A stretch of 64,000 nt of DNA from Bdellovibrionales bacterium (GCA_965262715.1 OZ253553.1:416001-480000); one strand, 5' to 3'; shown: positions 21,113-32,140, numbered from the stretch's first letter. The notes: generated by a model not told the origin, from the letters alone. Program-made: numbers and translations.

Positions 21113-22554
21113 CGGTTTTTCTTATCCTAAGAATTGTACATATAGATGATGCAGAGGTAAACAATGAAGATCAACAAGTTTTATAATTTTTTAGTTTTTA
21201 TAACAGTAATGAGCTTAAGCTTTTATTTATTGACTCAAAAATTATATGCAGGCGAAACGGATGAATTAAATGGATCAGATGAGTGTGGAGATGTTTTAAG
21301 TGTTGTAGAGGCACTGTCGCCGCCGGCATTAAAAAAAGTTGGAGCATCAAATTCAGAAATAGTAGCAGCTCCTATGAGTAATGTTCAGGGTGTTATGAAA
21401 GGTATATTTTCGTTTCTTGTAAATGAACAAAAACAAGAAATTGAAATTGAGTATAAGCTTGACGGTGACATTGACAAAAGGTTTCTTTCTCGAGTAAATT
21501 TTGGATTCTTGGGGAAAGTTCTTGATGAAATGCCAGCTGGTCCTTTAAGTAAGGTGAGTAAAATAACTGTTGTAATTACAAAGGATCCTGAGATTTTAAT
21601 TCATTCAGGAAGAGCATTTGATATTACTCGTCCTACTTCTGAAAGAAAAGAGATATTACAGCTAGAAGAAACTTACTATAATCCTGTGGCTGGTGACATA
21701 ACTCTTGTGATTCCCTATTTATTTAATGTGCCTCATTTGCGTGATGTGTTGTCTTTACGTCGCGTGAGCAGTTTCTATTTTGGTTTTCTTCAGAAGTATT
21801 TGATCCGTAACATGCGACATAAATTAGGACATGTTATGGCCTACTACTACGAATATGGAAGGTTTGAGCCTGATCAAGAATGGCATGATGCGATTTTAGC
21901 AGATAACCGAAGTGTTTCTAAATATGGTGATAAAAATCCAGAGGAGGATTTTGCTGAAGCCATGAAGGTTTATCTAGAGACGAATGCTGGACTTAATCGT
22001 CCAGACATTGTAAGACAATATGCTCATCGTTTTGAGATTTTAGATGAAATTGTAGGTGTAAGCTCTTTTCAAAGAAGGATAATTGCAGAAGGGAATCGCT
22101 GACTTGAAGAACAAATTCATGAAATCAATTATCTTCAAAAATAAAAGAGTTCTTGTTAGAATATTCTAAAGGAATGAGACTGATAAGAGTTTTAGCAAGT
22201 AAAGCACTTACTTTGGGTAGAAATAAACCACTGGATTTTACTTCATTGAGTACATCTTCAGTGAGAGAAAACTTAATAAGGAAATTAGTTTGGCCTGGCT
22301 TATTATATATTCCTGATCCTGATGATATAGCAAACACTCCTGGGTTTATTAGAGATACTATTGACTCACTAGATACACTTTCTATTTCTGAAATGGAGCG
22401 TCGTCTTTATATTTCGTAACTTCAAATCGCAAGTGCAACTCTTTTGTGTTTATAGATATTTTTAAAAGTTGTATCACTTTAGGATTAATATTCCAACAAA
22501 GTTTTAATTATCATGAAAGATTATTGTAAATTATTTAATTTGAATGAATGTATT

Positions 22555-22630
22555 TTGATGTTTATGGCAAAGTCTCGTAGTCCTCAAGCTAAAGCTCTGC
22601 GGAAGAACGATCCTTTGCCATAAACATCAA
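22555..22630. repeat. RPE-1-like palindromic element (family 2) inside IS30
   Basis: TTGATGTTTATGGCAAAG/CTTTGCCATAAACATCAA stem with a gtcctc...ctgcgg core. Confidence 0.7.
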
Positions 22631-22699
22631 GCTGTCAAATAAGCATCTTCAGAAGTTATTATATATAAGTAAAATTAAATGGATAAACTATGAATAACT

Positions 22700-23653
22700 T
22701 CAGCAAACCATCTTTTGTCTATGAAACTCATTAGGAGTTAGAAAACCTAAACTCTTTCGAGGGCGATGGTTTAAAAGAGACTCAACCTTTTTTACATCCT
22801 TAGAGGCGATTTCTCTAAAATCTGTCTTCTTTGGAAAATACTGACGGATTAAACCATTCGTGTTCTCATTTAAACCTCTCTGATATGAACTGTAAGGATG
22901 TGCAAAATAAACTTTACATCCAGTATATTCACTGATCTTCTCATGACACGAAAATTCTTTACCATTATCCAAAGTCATTGTATGAACAACCTCTCCTTTA
23001 AGAGCTTTAGAAATAGCATGAAAAACTGCCTCAGATCTCTTAGATGCTATTTTGACAATCCTCGTCTTCTTAGAACATCTATCTACCAGCGTGACTAAAG
23101 CTCCTTTATGATGTCTACCTATCATTAGATCACCTTCCCAGTCTCCTATCCGAAGCTTCTTATCTACTATCTTAGGCCTTTTATCAATGCTCACTCTATT
23201 CTTTATCTGACCCCTTTTATCAAATCTACTTGTACCATATCGCTTCTTCCGTTGCCTCTGATATCTTAAAAATTTGTAGAGATCTCCTCCTGATTGCTTA
23301 TCTCCAAGAATATGCTGATAAATACTCTCATGACTTATAGACAAACCTTCTCGTTTAAGAAAACCGGATATCTGTTCCGGACTCAAACGATCACGAAGAA
23401 ACCTCTCAAGCTTATTAATGACTTTTTGTGTTATCTTTATATGTCTATGAGAGTTTTGAAGACGATCGACTGCTTTTTCATGGGCTTGTTGAGGACGATA
23501 ACCTCGCAAACCTTTGTTGCGATTCAATTCCCTATATATGGTGCTTTTATCTCGACCTACCTGAGTAGCAATTGAACTTATTGATTTTCCACTTTGCAAA
23601 AAAGCTAAAATCTGGTATCTCTCATGTTGGGTTAGATGAGTGTAATTGCTCAT
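22700..23653 (-). CDS. IS30-family transposase
   Basis: N-terminal HTH and motifs GDWEGD, DNGKEF and QRGLNENTNGLIRQYFPK. Confidence 0.96.
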   Translation of the reverse strand: MSNYTHLTQHERYQILAFLQSGKSISSIATQVGRDKSTIYRELNRNKGLRGYRPQQAHEKAVDRLQNSHRHIKITQKVINKLERFLRDRLSPEQISGFLKREGLSISHESIYQHILGDKQSGGDLYKFLRYQRQRKKRYGTSRFDKRGQIKNRVSIDKRPKIVDKKLRIGDWEGDLMIGRHHKGALVTLVDRCSKKTRIVKIASKRSEAVFHAISKALKGEVVHTMTLDNGKEFSCHEKISEYTGCKVYFAHPYSSYQRGLNENTNGLIRQYFPKKTDFREIASKDVKKVESLLNHRPRKSLGFLTPNEFHRQKMVC

Positions 23654-23810
23654 GGAATACTCCTTTCATTATTTAAAGAGATTGATTAGAGTATTCCTCT
23701 AACCCGCTTTAAATAACTATGCAAGGAGTTGCACTTGCAACTTGAATCCACCTTTTTAATGAAGGTAGTAAATTCATAGAAGAAATGGAAGAAGAAGATG
23801 CAGCTGATGA

Positions 23811-24061
23811 ACATCCATATACTCTGTTTGAGAGAGTTGTTAGAGAAGTTCAAAGCAGGCCAGAATAGGAATAGATTTCTATAAACAAGATGTTTCCATC
23901 TACTAGGTATAGGTGAAAAGCAAAAGCCAACTTTTATGATTTTTATCAAACTTTTATAATCAAAAAACAAATTTAGGTTTGTACAATACTGTACTTTTTT
24001 AAGGCTCATATCTCTTGAGCCGTAAGGCGATGGTAACTAATGGCGTAGGAGGAAACTTTTT
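23811..24061 (+). repeat. 251-bp target duplication of IS1634 (second copy 26016-26266)
   Basis: acatccatatact...ggaggaaacttttt on both sides, with a few substitutions. Confidence 0.9.
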
Positions 24062-26015
24062 CCTGACTTCGTCATTTTCGTTTACTTTTGATATTGATAA
24101 GTACGTTTTGAGTTCTTAGGAAGCTTATCAATTCGGGATTTTCATTTTTTTTAATTTTTGTTGTTTCTTGTAGTGTCCCTTGCTATTGACAGAGCTTTTT
24201 AATATTGCGATCTTGTTTTTATGAGCATGTTTGTCCGCCTTGTAAAAAGACCAAATGACCATGTTTCCGTAAGGATCGTTGAGAATAAACGGATCAATGG
24301 AAAGATGAAACAAAAGAATGTCTGCTGCATAGGACACACTCATAAGGATAAGGTCAAAGAGATTTCAAGATTTCAAAAGATAGGCGAGGAAATGATTATA
24401 AAGATAAAGAATGAAATCAATCCTGCATTTGAAGGTTTGGAGTCAGTCCATACACCTCAGAAAAGGAAACAAGGTGTTCCTGATAATATGATATGTTTAG
24501 AGACATTGAAAGAGAAGGCTCGTGTTCATCAAGGAATAGAAGATGTATTTGGTAAGTCATTTGAGCAATTAGAGCTTCATAAGATTATAGGAGATGGTTA
24601 TAAGACAGGAGAGTTTAATACGCTTTTAAAAGAGATTGTTCTTGCTCGCTTAAGTGATCCATCAAGTAAGAGAAAAAGTGTTAAAGATATAGAGAGACAT
24701 CGTTATCAGCAATTTGATTTAAATAAAGTGTATCGGATGATGGATAAGCTGTATAAGAGAGAGGATGAGATAAAAGCAAGGATGTTTCGTAGGACATTGA
24801 GTTTATTAGAGGAAGAAGTACATGTTTTATTTTTTGATGTGACGACATTATATTTTGAGAGTTTTGATCCGGATACACTTCGGTTATGTGGTTATAGCAA
24901 AGACAATAAGGTGAAAGAGACTCAAGTGGTACTAGCTCTTATGACAAGTGTAGAAGGTCTTCCTGTAGGTTATGAGCTTTTCCCGGGTAATACGTATGAA
25001 GGTAAGACATTGATCAGAGTTATAGAAAAGATTGAGAAGACATATAGTATTTTAGATGTATCCATAGTAGCAGATAGGGCGATGTTTACAAGGCAAAACT
25101 TACAAGCACTAAATGAGAAGGGGACTAAGTTTATAGTAGCTGCTAAGCTAAAGACAATGTCTAGAGTTATGAAGTCCCAAATAGTTACAGATGTACAAGA
25201 GAGTCGGAAGCAGATGCCTAACAAGTCTTTTTTTAGTAAGAGTTATGAATATGAGAATCAGAGATTAATTATAAGTTATAGTAAGGATAGAGCTTATCAA
25301 GATGAGAAGAATCGTTTAAATCTTATTGAGAGGCTTAAAAAACAGATGCATGGAGATAAGATATCTTTATCGAGTCTTATAAAGAATACAGGGACTAAGA
25401 AGTATCTTAAGATTGACAAAAAAAATAAACAAGAGGCAACTTTAAATCAAAAGAAAATAGATGAAGAAGCTCGATGGGATGGTATTCACGGAGTTATCAC
25501 TAATCATAAACCAGAGGATTTAAAACCATCAGAGATCTTAGAAAGATACAAGGGTTTATGGCAGATAGAGAATGCTTTTAGAGTTAATAAGCATGACCTT
25601 AAGATGCGTCCTATCTACCATTGGACACCGAGAAGAATTAGGGCTCATATATTAATTTGTTATATAGCATATAGTGTACTGACCTTTATTAAATTTCAAT
25701 TAAAACAGAAGAACATTGATCTTAGCTTCAAGAGACTTAGGGATGAGTTAAAGATTATACAATATAGTATTGTATTAGATAAGACGACGAACAAGAGATT
25801 CATTTTACCTTCAAACATCACAAGTCTTCATAAACAAATTTATGAAGCTCTTAATATCAAATTCACTCAAGCAAGATTCTTAGGAGAAAAAGAGTTTCTA
25901 ACAAGTTAAATACAACTATAAAACTCTCTCAAATAAACAAAAGGTGTAGTGACCCCTGAACTACCTAAACTATTGTAATCATTACATGACGCATGCGCAA
26001 TATGACGAAGTCAGG
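24062..26015 (+). mobile_element. IS1634-family insertion sequence
   Basis: Terminal inverted repeats CCTGACTTCGTCAT/ATGACGAAGTCAGG and a long flanking direct repeat. Confidence 0.93.
24221..25909 (+). CDS. IS1634-family transposase
   Basis: Motifs FFDVTTLYFES, GYSKD, VADRAM and WQIENAFRVNKHDLKMRPIYHW. Confidence 0.95.
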   Translation: MSMFVRLVKRPNDHVSVRIVENKRINGKMKQKNVCCIGHTHKDKVKEISRFQKIGEEMIIKIKNEINPAFEGLESVHTPQKRKQGVPDNMICLETLKEKARVHQGIEDVFGKSFEQLELHKIIGDGYKTGEFNTLLKEIVLARLSDPSSKRKSVKDIERHRYQQFDLNKVYRMMDKLYKREDEIKARMFRRTLSLLEEEVHVLFFDVTTLYFESFDPDTLRLCGYSKDNKVKETQVVLALMTSVEGLPVGYELFPGNTYEGKTLIRVIEKIEKTYSILDVSIVADRAMFTRQNLQALNEKGTKFIVAAKLKTMSRVMKSQIVTDVQESRKQMPNKSFFSKSYEYENQRLIISYSKDRAYQDEKNRLNLIERLKKQMHGDKISLSSLIKNTGTKKYLKIDKKNKQEATLNQKKIDEEARWDGIHGVITNHKPEDLKPSEILERYKGLWQIENAFRVNKHDLKMRPIYHWTPRRIRAHILICYIAYSVLTFIKFQLKQKNIDLSFKRLRDELKIIQYSIVLDKTTNKRFILPSNITSLHKQIYEALNIKFTQARFLGEKEFLTS

Positions 26016-26269
26016 ACATCCATATACTGTGTTTGAGAGAGTTGTTAGAGAAGTTCAAAGCAGGCCAGAATAGGAATAGATTTCTATAAACAAGATGTTT
26101 CCCTCTACTAGGTATAGGTGAAAAGCAAAAGCCAACTTTTATGATTTTTATCAAACTTTTATAATCAAAAAACAAATTTAGGTTTGTATAATACTGTACT
26201 TTTTTAAGGCTCATATCTCTTGAGCCGTAAGGCGATGGCTACTAATAGCGTAGGAGGAAACTTTTTAGG

Positions 26270-26335
26270 CGTAAAAGTTTAAAGTAGATCCCTGTTACCT
26301 GATACTGAGGCCAGAGTGCCGGTTTGCCAGATCCC
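26270..26335 (+). repeat. Dispersed ~65-bp repeat, copy of 1735-1800
   Basis: Direct sequence match with a few substitutions. Confidence 0.8.
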
Positions 26336-26480
26336 AGAAAAAAAGGATGCTTAAGTAGTTATGAACCTACTTAAAGGTTATTTCTCCTTAAACTTCAAAT
26401 GGTTTAATTTGACTTTCATTAAAAAGGTATTTATTGATCTCTTATTAATTATTAATGACTAGATGAAGAAATGATGGGGG

Positions 26481-27956
26481 ATGAGAATCAGTAAATATTA
26501 TAAATCTTTAGTTTTTATGGCATCAGTAAGCTTGGCCCTTTGTTTATTTGTTCGAAATTTACATGCAAATAAAGTCAGTAAATGTGAAGATGCTTTAATG
26601 ACTATACCTTCAGTGTTAGAACTGGCTAATTCGTCTTCAAATACAGAAATGATAGAAGTTTCTACGATCAATAATTTTAACTCTATGGAGGGTATATTTT
26701 CCTTTCCTATAAACGATCAACAAAAAAAAGAAATTAAAATTGAATATAAGCTTTATAGCGTTGATGTTGATATGTATTTTCTTTCTCAGGTGAGTTTTAA
26801 ATTTTTAAAAAGGGTTCTTGATGAAATGCCAGCAAGCCTCTTAAGCAAGGTGGATAAAATTACTGTTTTATTTACAGAGAAGTTCAGATTAGAAGCTTTG
26901 CCTAATCCTAGTAGGAGAGAAACATTAAAGTTAGAAGAAATCTCTTACCCTCGTACTGAAGCCAATGAAATAACTCTTGTGATTCCTTATTTATACCTTC
27001 ATAAATATTATTCACCTTATCTTTTTAAAAATTATTCTGATAATATCTACTTTGGTTTTCTCTCCGAGCATCTTAATTTGTATCTTCATGAATATTATTC
27101 GTCTTATCTTTTTAAAAATTATTCTGATAATATCTACTTTGGTTTTCTCCACGAGCATCTTATCTATAGAATGCGGCATAAACTAGGGCATGTTATGGCC
27201 TATCACAGGTATAGAGAGCTCACCTCTGATCAAAGGTGGCATGATGCTATTGCACAAGATAATGAGAGTGTTTCTCAATATGGTGATGTAAATATGGCAG
27301 AAGATTTTGCTGAAGCCATGAGGGTTTATCTAGAGACGAATGCTGGACTTAATCATCCAGACATTGCAAAAAAATACTCTCATCGCTTTGCAATTTTGGA
27401 TGAGGTTGTGGGTCTGGATTCTTCTGAAAGGAAAAGAATTTCTGAAAGAAACCATTTATTTGAAAAACAAATTCAAGAAGTGAATTACTTATTTAGACAA
27501 TTGGGCATAGTTGATAATAATGGAGCAGTTATAGTGTATTATAAAGGCGAAGGTGAAGTTATAAATGAAGATACTCCTAGAGAAATAATAGAGGTTTTGC
27601 CGGGAAACCCTGATTGGATAGTCACGATGAGGATTCTAGCAAATAAGGCACTTGCTTTACATAGAAATAAGCCATTGAATTTTACATCGTTGGACACATC
27701 TTCCGTGAGAGAAATTTTAATAAGAAAATTAATTTGGCCTGGTCTACTATTTTTACCTCGAAATAATGGAGAAAACACATCTCAATTTATTAGAGACACT
27801 ATTGACTCACTAGATGCGCTCTCCACTTCTGAAATAGAACATCGTCTTTATGTCTTTGAAAAAGTTTTCAAGATCATGGTATCGAAAAACTCAAATGAAG
27901 AAGCAGATGTTATGTTTGAGAAAGCCATTGAGGAAGTTCAAAGTAGAGCAGATTAA
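26481..27956 (+). CDS. Full-length secreted zincin-like paralog with HKLGH (predicted catalytically inactive) and a 29-aa internal duplication
   Basis: Signal peptide; RHKLGHV...AEDFAEAM; LYLHxYYSxYLFKNYSDNIYFGFLxEHL present twice. Confidence 0.85.
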   Translation: MRISKYYKSLVFMASVSLALCLFVRNLHANKVSKCEDALMTIPSVLELANSSSNTEMIEVSTINNFNSMEGIFSFPINDQQKKEIKIEYKLYSVDVDMYFLSQVSFKFLKRVLDEMPASLLSKVDKITVLFTEKFRLEALPNPSRRETLKLEEISYPRTEANEITLVIPYLYLHKYYSPYLFKNYSDNIYFGFLSEHLNLYLHEYYSSYLFKNYSDNIYFGFLHEHLIYRMRHKLGHVMAYHRYRELTSDQRWHDAIAQDNESVSQYGDVNMAEDFAEAMRVYLETNAGLNHPDIAKKYSHRFAILDEVVGLDSSERKRISERNHLFEKQIQEVNYLFRQLGIVDNNGAVIVYYKGEGEVINEDTPREIIEVLPGNPDWIVTMRILANKALALHRNKPLNFTSLDTSSVREILIRKLIWPGLLFLPRNNGENTSQFIRDTIDSLDALSTSEIEHRLYVFEKVFKIMVSKNSNEEADVMFEKAIEEVQSRAD

Positions 27957-28303
27957 TTCTTTCTCACCAGCGGCAGAGAAGCCCTAACTGCTGAACCTTT
28001 ATGGCTTTATAAGTTGATGAAAGAATAAAACTTTTTTAAAGTCTATATTTCATTATATTGTGGTTTAAGTGTATAGGCATGTTATAAGTTTTCTATATTA
28101 TAGATTCCTATATAATGTAAATTCTCCAAAGTTGACTTTGGTAATTTTTAAGAATATAAGTCATTTTCCCTTTTGATATGTACTCGTGTTACCGTGTTAG
28201 CTCATAATAAGTTGATTTTACTTGACTTTTGTTAAAAGACTGGCCATACTCAATTTTTCTCATATCAGCAATAATGATGAAGTGGAAAGGTGAAAGGTGA
28301 AAG

Positions 28304-29209
28304 GTGAAGATAAATAGGTGTTATAGACTCTTAATTTTTATCGTGTTTATGGGTTTGGCCCCTTGGTTTTTATTTGTTGAAAATGCGTATGCAATGGAGC
28401 ATAAGTGTGAAGACGCTGTAATAAGAGCACCTTTAATAAGTGTACCTTTAATAAGTGTACCTTCAATATTAAAACCAGTTGGCACATCATCAAATACGGA
28501 AATAACAAGTACTTTTATAGTTGATACTCCTGGCGTTTCTATTGTTAAAAGAGGTACATTTTTCTTTGTTGCGGATCAACAAAAACAAGAAATCGAAATT
28601 GAACATAGAAGGTCTCATGATTTACATTTTCTTAACAAATATCTTTTTGAGCTAGAGTTTAAACTTGTAAAGAGAATCCTTGATCAAATGCCGGCTGTTT
28701 TCTTAAGTAAGGTAAATAAAGTGACTGTTTTGTTCTCGGGGAGATTCGAATTATCAATCCCATTTGCTAATGATGGTACACATGAAACACTACAATTAGA
28801 GGAGGCTGATTATAGTCCTATGGCTAATGAAATAACTCTTGTCATTCCTTACTTTCATACATTTTCCTCACCTTCTTCTCCTGACTCATTAGATATCTAT
28901 CCTGGTAGTTATTTTGTTTCTCTTTATCATCATCTTATTCACAGAATGCGACATAAATTAGGACATATTGTGGCTTACCACAAATATGGACAGATCACTC
29001 CTGATCAAAGGTGGCGTGATGCGATTTTAGCAGATAACCAAAGTATTTCTCAAGGTGATATAAATATGGCAGAGAACTTTGCTGAAGCTATGGAGCTTTA
29101 TTTAAGAACGAATGCGGGGCTTGACTATCCAGATATTGCAAGAGAGTATGCCCATCGGTTTAAAGTTTTAGATGAAATTATAGGACTAGATTCTTCTCAA
29201 AGAAGGTAA
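28304..29209 (+). CDS. Zincin-like paralog (HKLGH), C-terminally truncated
   Basis: RHKLGHI...ENFAEAM; ends just before a duplicated resB 3' fragment. Confidence 0.75.
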   Translation: MKINRCYRLLIFIVFMGLAPWFLFVENAYAMEHKCEDAVIRAPLISVPLISVPSILKPVGTSSNTEITSTFIVDTPGVSIVKRGTFFFVADQQKQEIEIEHRRSHDLHFLNKYLFELEFKLVKRILDQMPAVFLSKVNKVTVLFSGRFELSIPFANDGTHETLQLEEADYSPMANEITLVIPYFHTFSSPSSPDSLDIYPGSYFVSLYHHLIHRMRHKLGHIVAYHKYGQITPDQRWRDAILADNQSISQGDINMAENFAEAMELYLRTNAGLDYPDIAREYAHRFKVLDEIIGLDSSQRR

Positions 29210-29221
29210 ACAGCCTCTAGC

Positions 29222-29395
29222 TTTGGGTATCATTACTTTTGTTCCAAAAACGCAATAAAAAAATAGCATTAGCTTCTCGCTAAGTCCTGTTTTTATAGCT
29301 ATTTAAAGGTTGTTTGGCTGTTCTTTTACTTGACTTCATTTGACTTTTATTAAAAAGCCCATTATGTTCGGCTTTTCTTATCTTAAATTGTACAT
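29222..29395 (+). repeat. Duplicated resB 3' end and downstream promoter region (copy of ~20958-21140)
   Basis: caaaaacgcaataaaaaaatagcatta.cttctcg.taag and ttgacttt.attaaaaagc..attatgttcgg occur in both places. Confidence 0.8.
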
Positions 29396-29404
29396 GGTGT
29401 ATAG

Positions 29405-30837
29405 ATGATGAAGAAGCAAAAAATAAAAATCAACAAGTGTTATAAATCCTTAGTTTTTATAACAGTAATAAGTTTAAGCTTTTATTTATCTGCCAAAAAT
29501 GTACATGCAGCAGATGAAAATGCAGATAGAGCAAATGAATGTGAAAATGCTTTAATAAGTGTGCCATCAATATTAAAACCAGTTGGCGCATCAAATAATA
29601 CAGAAGTAATAGAGACTTCTACAATTGATATTCCTGGTGTTATGAAAGGTATATTTTCTTTTCCTATAGATGCTGAACGGAAGAAACAAATTGAAGTTGA
29701 GTATAGATTTGGTGACATTGATGATATATATTTTATTTCTCGAGTAAATCTCAAATTTTTGAAAAAGATTCTTGATGCGATGCCAGCGGTTCTCCTGGAT
29801 AAAGTGGATAAAATAACTATTTTATTCAGAAGAGCTATATTTCGACCTCCACTGGTGATATTCGGAAGCACTCCTAATAAAGAAGAAGGATCACAATTAG
29901 AGGAAGCTCAAGATAAGTTTCTGGCTAATGAAATAGCTCTTGTTATCCCTTATTTTCCTCAAGCTCATGAGAGTGCTGCTTTTAATACCTTCTACAGTTT
30001 TCTTATCTATCAAATGCGATATCAACTAGGACATATTATGGCTTATCATAGATATGGAGATATAATTCCTGGCCATGAGTGGCGTGATGCTATTCTAAGA
30101 GATAATAAGAATCTTTCTAGTGATGCAGATGTAGCAGAAGATAATGAGAATGCTCCTAGTGATATAGATATAGCAAAAGATTTTGCTAGTACTATGGAGC
30201 TTTATTTAAAGACCTATGCAGGGCTTGATCATCCAGACATTACAAGAAAGTATGCTCGTCGCTTTGAAATTTTGGATGAGATTATGGGCTTAGATATTTA
30301 TCAAAGAGCAAAAATTATTGAAAGAAATCTTTTCATTGAAAGGCAACTCTATGAAATACGATGATTTACTCAAACAATTGGGCATAATTAATGATGAAGG
30401 TGTGGTATGAGGGTATAAATGAAGATACCCCTAGAGCAATAAAAGCCTTCTTACTAAGAGACCCTAATAGTTTGAGAATGATGAGAAGATTAGCAGATAA
30501 GGCACTTACTTTACAGAACAATGGACAACTGAATTTTACTTCAGTAGAGGCATCTTCAGTAAGAGAAAATTTAATAAGAAGATTAGTTTGGCCTGGTCTA
30601 CTCCTTATACCTATATCTCAAAGTGATGAGGCGAACACACCTCAATTTATTACAGACACTGTTGACTTGCTAGACACACTTTCTACTTCTGAAATAGCAC
30701 ATCGTCTTTATATCTTTAACGAAGCTATTAAATTCATATTCATAGAGCAGCAAATCAATAATCGATCTTTATTAAATCAAGAAAGTTATATTATTTTTGA
30801 TAGAGCCATTAAGGAAGTTCAAAACAGAGCAGAATGA
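29405..30837 (+). pseudogene. Zincin-like paralog (YQLGH) split by frameshifts near 30358-30410
   Basis: ORFs 29405..30364 and 30391..30837 together align with 26481..27956. Confidence 0.8.
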
Positions 30838-30918
30838 ACTTTTTATAAGCAACATCTCTTCACCTATAGTCTGCGTATAAATTTTAGGCTCACTGCTTCT
30901 GGTCTGTTAAAATAATTT

Positions 30919-31821
30919 CTAATGTTTATTTTTTATAAGTTGAAATAATGTGGTAGGTCTATCTGTTATAATGCCATCAACACCAAGCTCAATTAACCGC
31001 TGCATATCCTTTCGTTCATTAATTGTCCATACAAATACAGGTTTTTCTCTACGGTGCATTTCCTTTAAGAGTCTTTTAGATAGTACGGGTATAAACATGC
31101 TGACTTCAGGAATAGAGTAGATATCAGCGTTCATAGGATCAATAGGTTCTAAAAACATATTTAATAAGATCAATGATTTGTATATTTCAGTAGGTGTCAC
31201 CAGGAATATCCAATCTCTTCGAGATCTCATATAATCTATAGCCTGATGAGAATAACTGGCTATAGCAATATATTCAAAGGCTTTAAATTCTTCAATGACA
31301 TCTATAAGCTTTTGAGCAGCTTTAGTGGAAAGAGATTTTAATTCAATAATCATTTTTTGACGAGGGTATCTTTCCAGCACTTGTCTTAAAGAAGGTATTC
31401 GAATGCCTTGAGATCGATAAATATATTTGTCTTCGTCATTTTGGTAATGCCAACCAGCATCTAATTTTTGTAGTTGTTTTAGAGTCATGTTGGCAACGGT
31501 ACCTTGACCGTTTGTTGTTCTGTCTACTGTATCATCATGGATAACAACCAAGTGATCATCTTTTGTCAGATGTATATCCATTTCTAAAATAAAATGAGGG
31601 GATATCTTAATGGCCTGATCAAAAGCTATCAAAGTATTTTCTGGAGCTTCTAGTGCGCCTCCTCTATGGGCAATCATTTCAATAGAATTTCTTTTAAACT
31701 GATGATAGGAAGCTTTGTGCTTTATTTGAAATCCAAAATGTCTGATGATAATGATCACAACAGTAAAGAAAATAAGAACTCCAGTAAGGAGTAGAAAGAA
31801 TTTTAATAATGTCTTTTTCAC
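30919..31821 (-). CDS. Glycerophosphodiester phosphodiesterase (GDPD)
   Basis: Motifs AHRGG, PENT, EMD, HD.TVDRTTNG and GVDGIITD. Confidence 0.93.
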   Translation of the reverse strand: MKKTLLKFFLLLTGVLIFFTVVIIIIRHFGFQIKHKASYHQFKRNSIEMIAHRGGALEAPENTLIAFDQAIKISPHFILEMDIHLTKDDHLVVIHDDTVDRTTNGQGTVANMTLKQLQKLDAGWHYQNDEDKYIYRSQGIRIPSLRQVLERYPRQKMIIELKSLSTKAAQKLIDVIEEFKAFEYIAIASYSHQAIDYMRSRRDWIFLVTPTEIYKSLILLNMFLEPIDPMNADIYSIPEVSMFIPVLSKRLLKEMHRREKPVFVWTINERKDMQRLIELGVDGIITDRPTTLFQLIKNKH

Positions 31822-32140
31822 GTATCTCTCAAATATAAATTAGGAATTGTTTGTATGCTTCTATTATCTTAATTATAAGATTCATAATAAAAAATAAGAA
31901 TGTAAAAAAAATAACGCATCGCATGCTATCTTTATGACAGTCCCACAGCTAGCTTAAATACAGTGAATTTCAAGTGGTTTTAAGATTTCGCCTATTTTTT
32001 AAGAGAGTTAAAGAATTTTTTCAGTAGAAAAGATCATATTAGTGCCAAAGATCATGGCCTTAAGTGTCTTTACTTCAGTGTTTTTATAGGTTAAATGAAA
32101 TAAAATGTATTTCTACTAAAATCAAATAAAGGAGCATTTT

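Larger units (their letters stand above)
22415..23752 (-). mobile_element. IS30-family insertion sequence
   Basis: Ends CGTAACTTCAAATCGCAAGTGCAACTC and GAGTTGCACTTGCAACTTGAATCCACC; short T-run duplication; host gene reads through once the IS is removed. Confidence 0.9.
21164..23868 (+). pseudogene. Zincin-like paralog (HKLGH) with nonsense codon, internal deletion and IS30 insertion
   Basis: RHKLGHV...EEDFAEAM; TGA at 22100; C-terminal piece 22153-22414; resumes after the IS as FNEGSKF...REVQSRPE* (stop 23866-23868). Confidence 0.85.

Noticed and set aside
24017..24056. Group II intron domain V (begins GAGCCGTA)
   Set aside because: The 3' half (CGTACGGTTC-like) and the pairing are absent.
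23686..26214. ORFs 23686..24009 and 26011..26214 as duplicated genes
   Set aside because: They arise from the IS1634 target duplication and are antisense to a paralog 3' end; no coding evidence.
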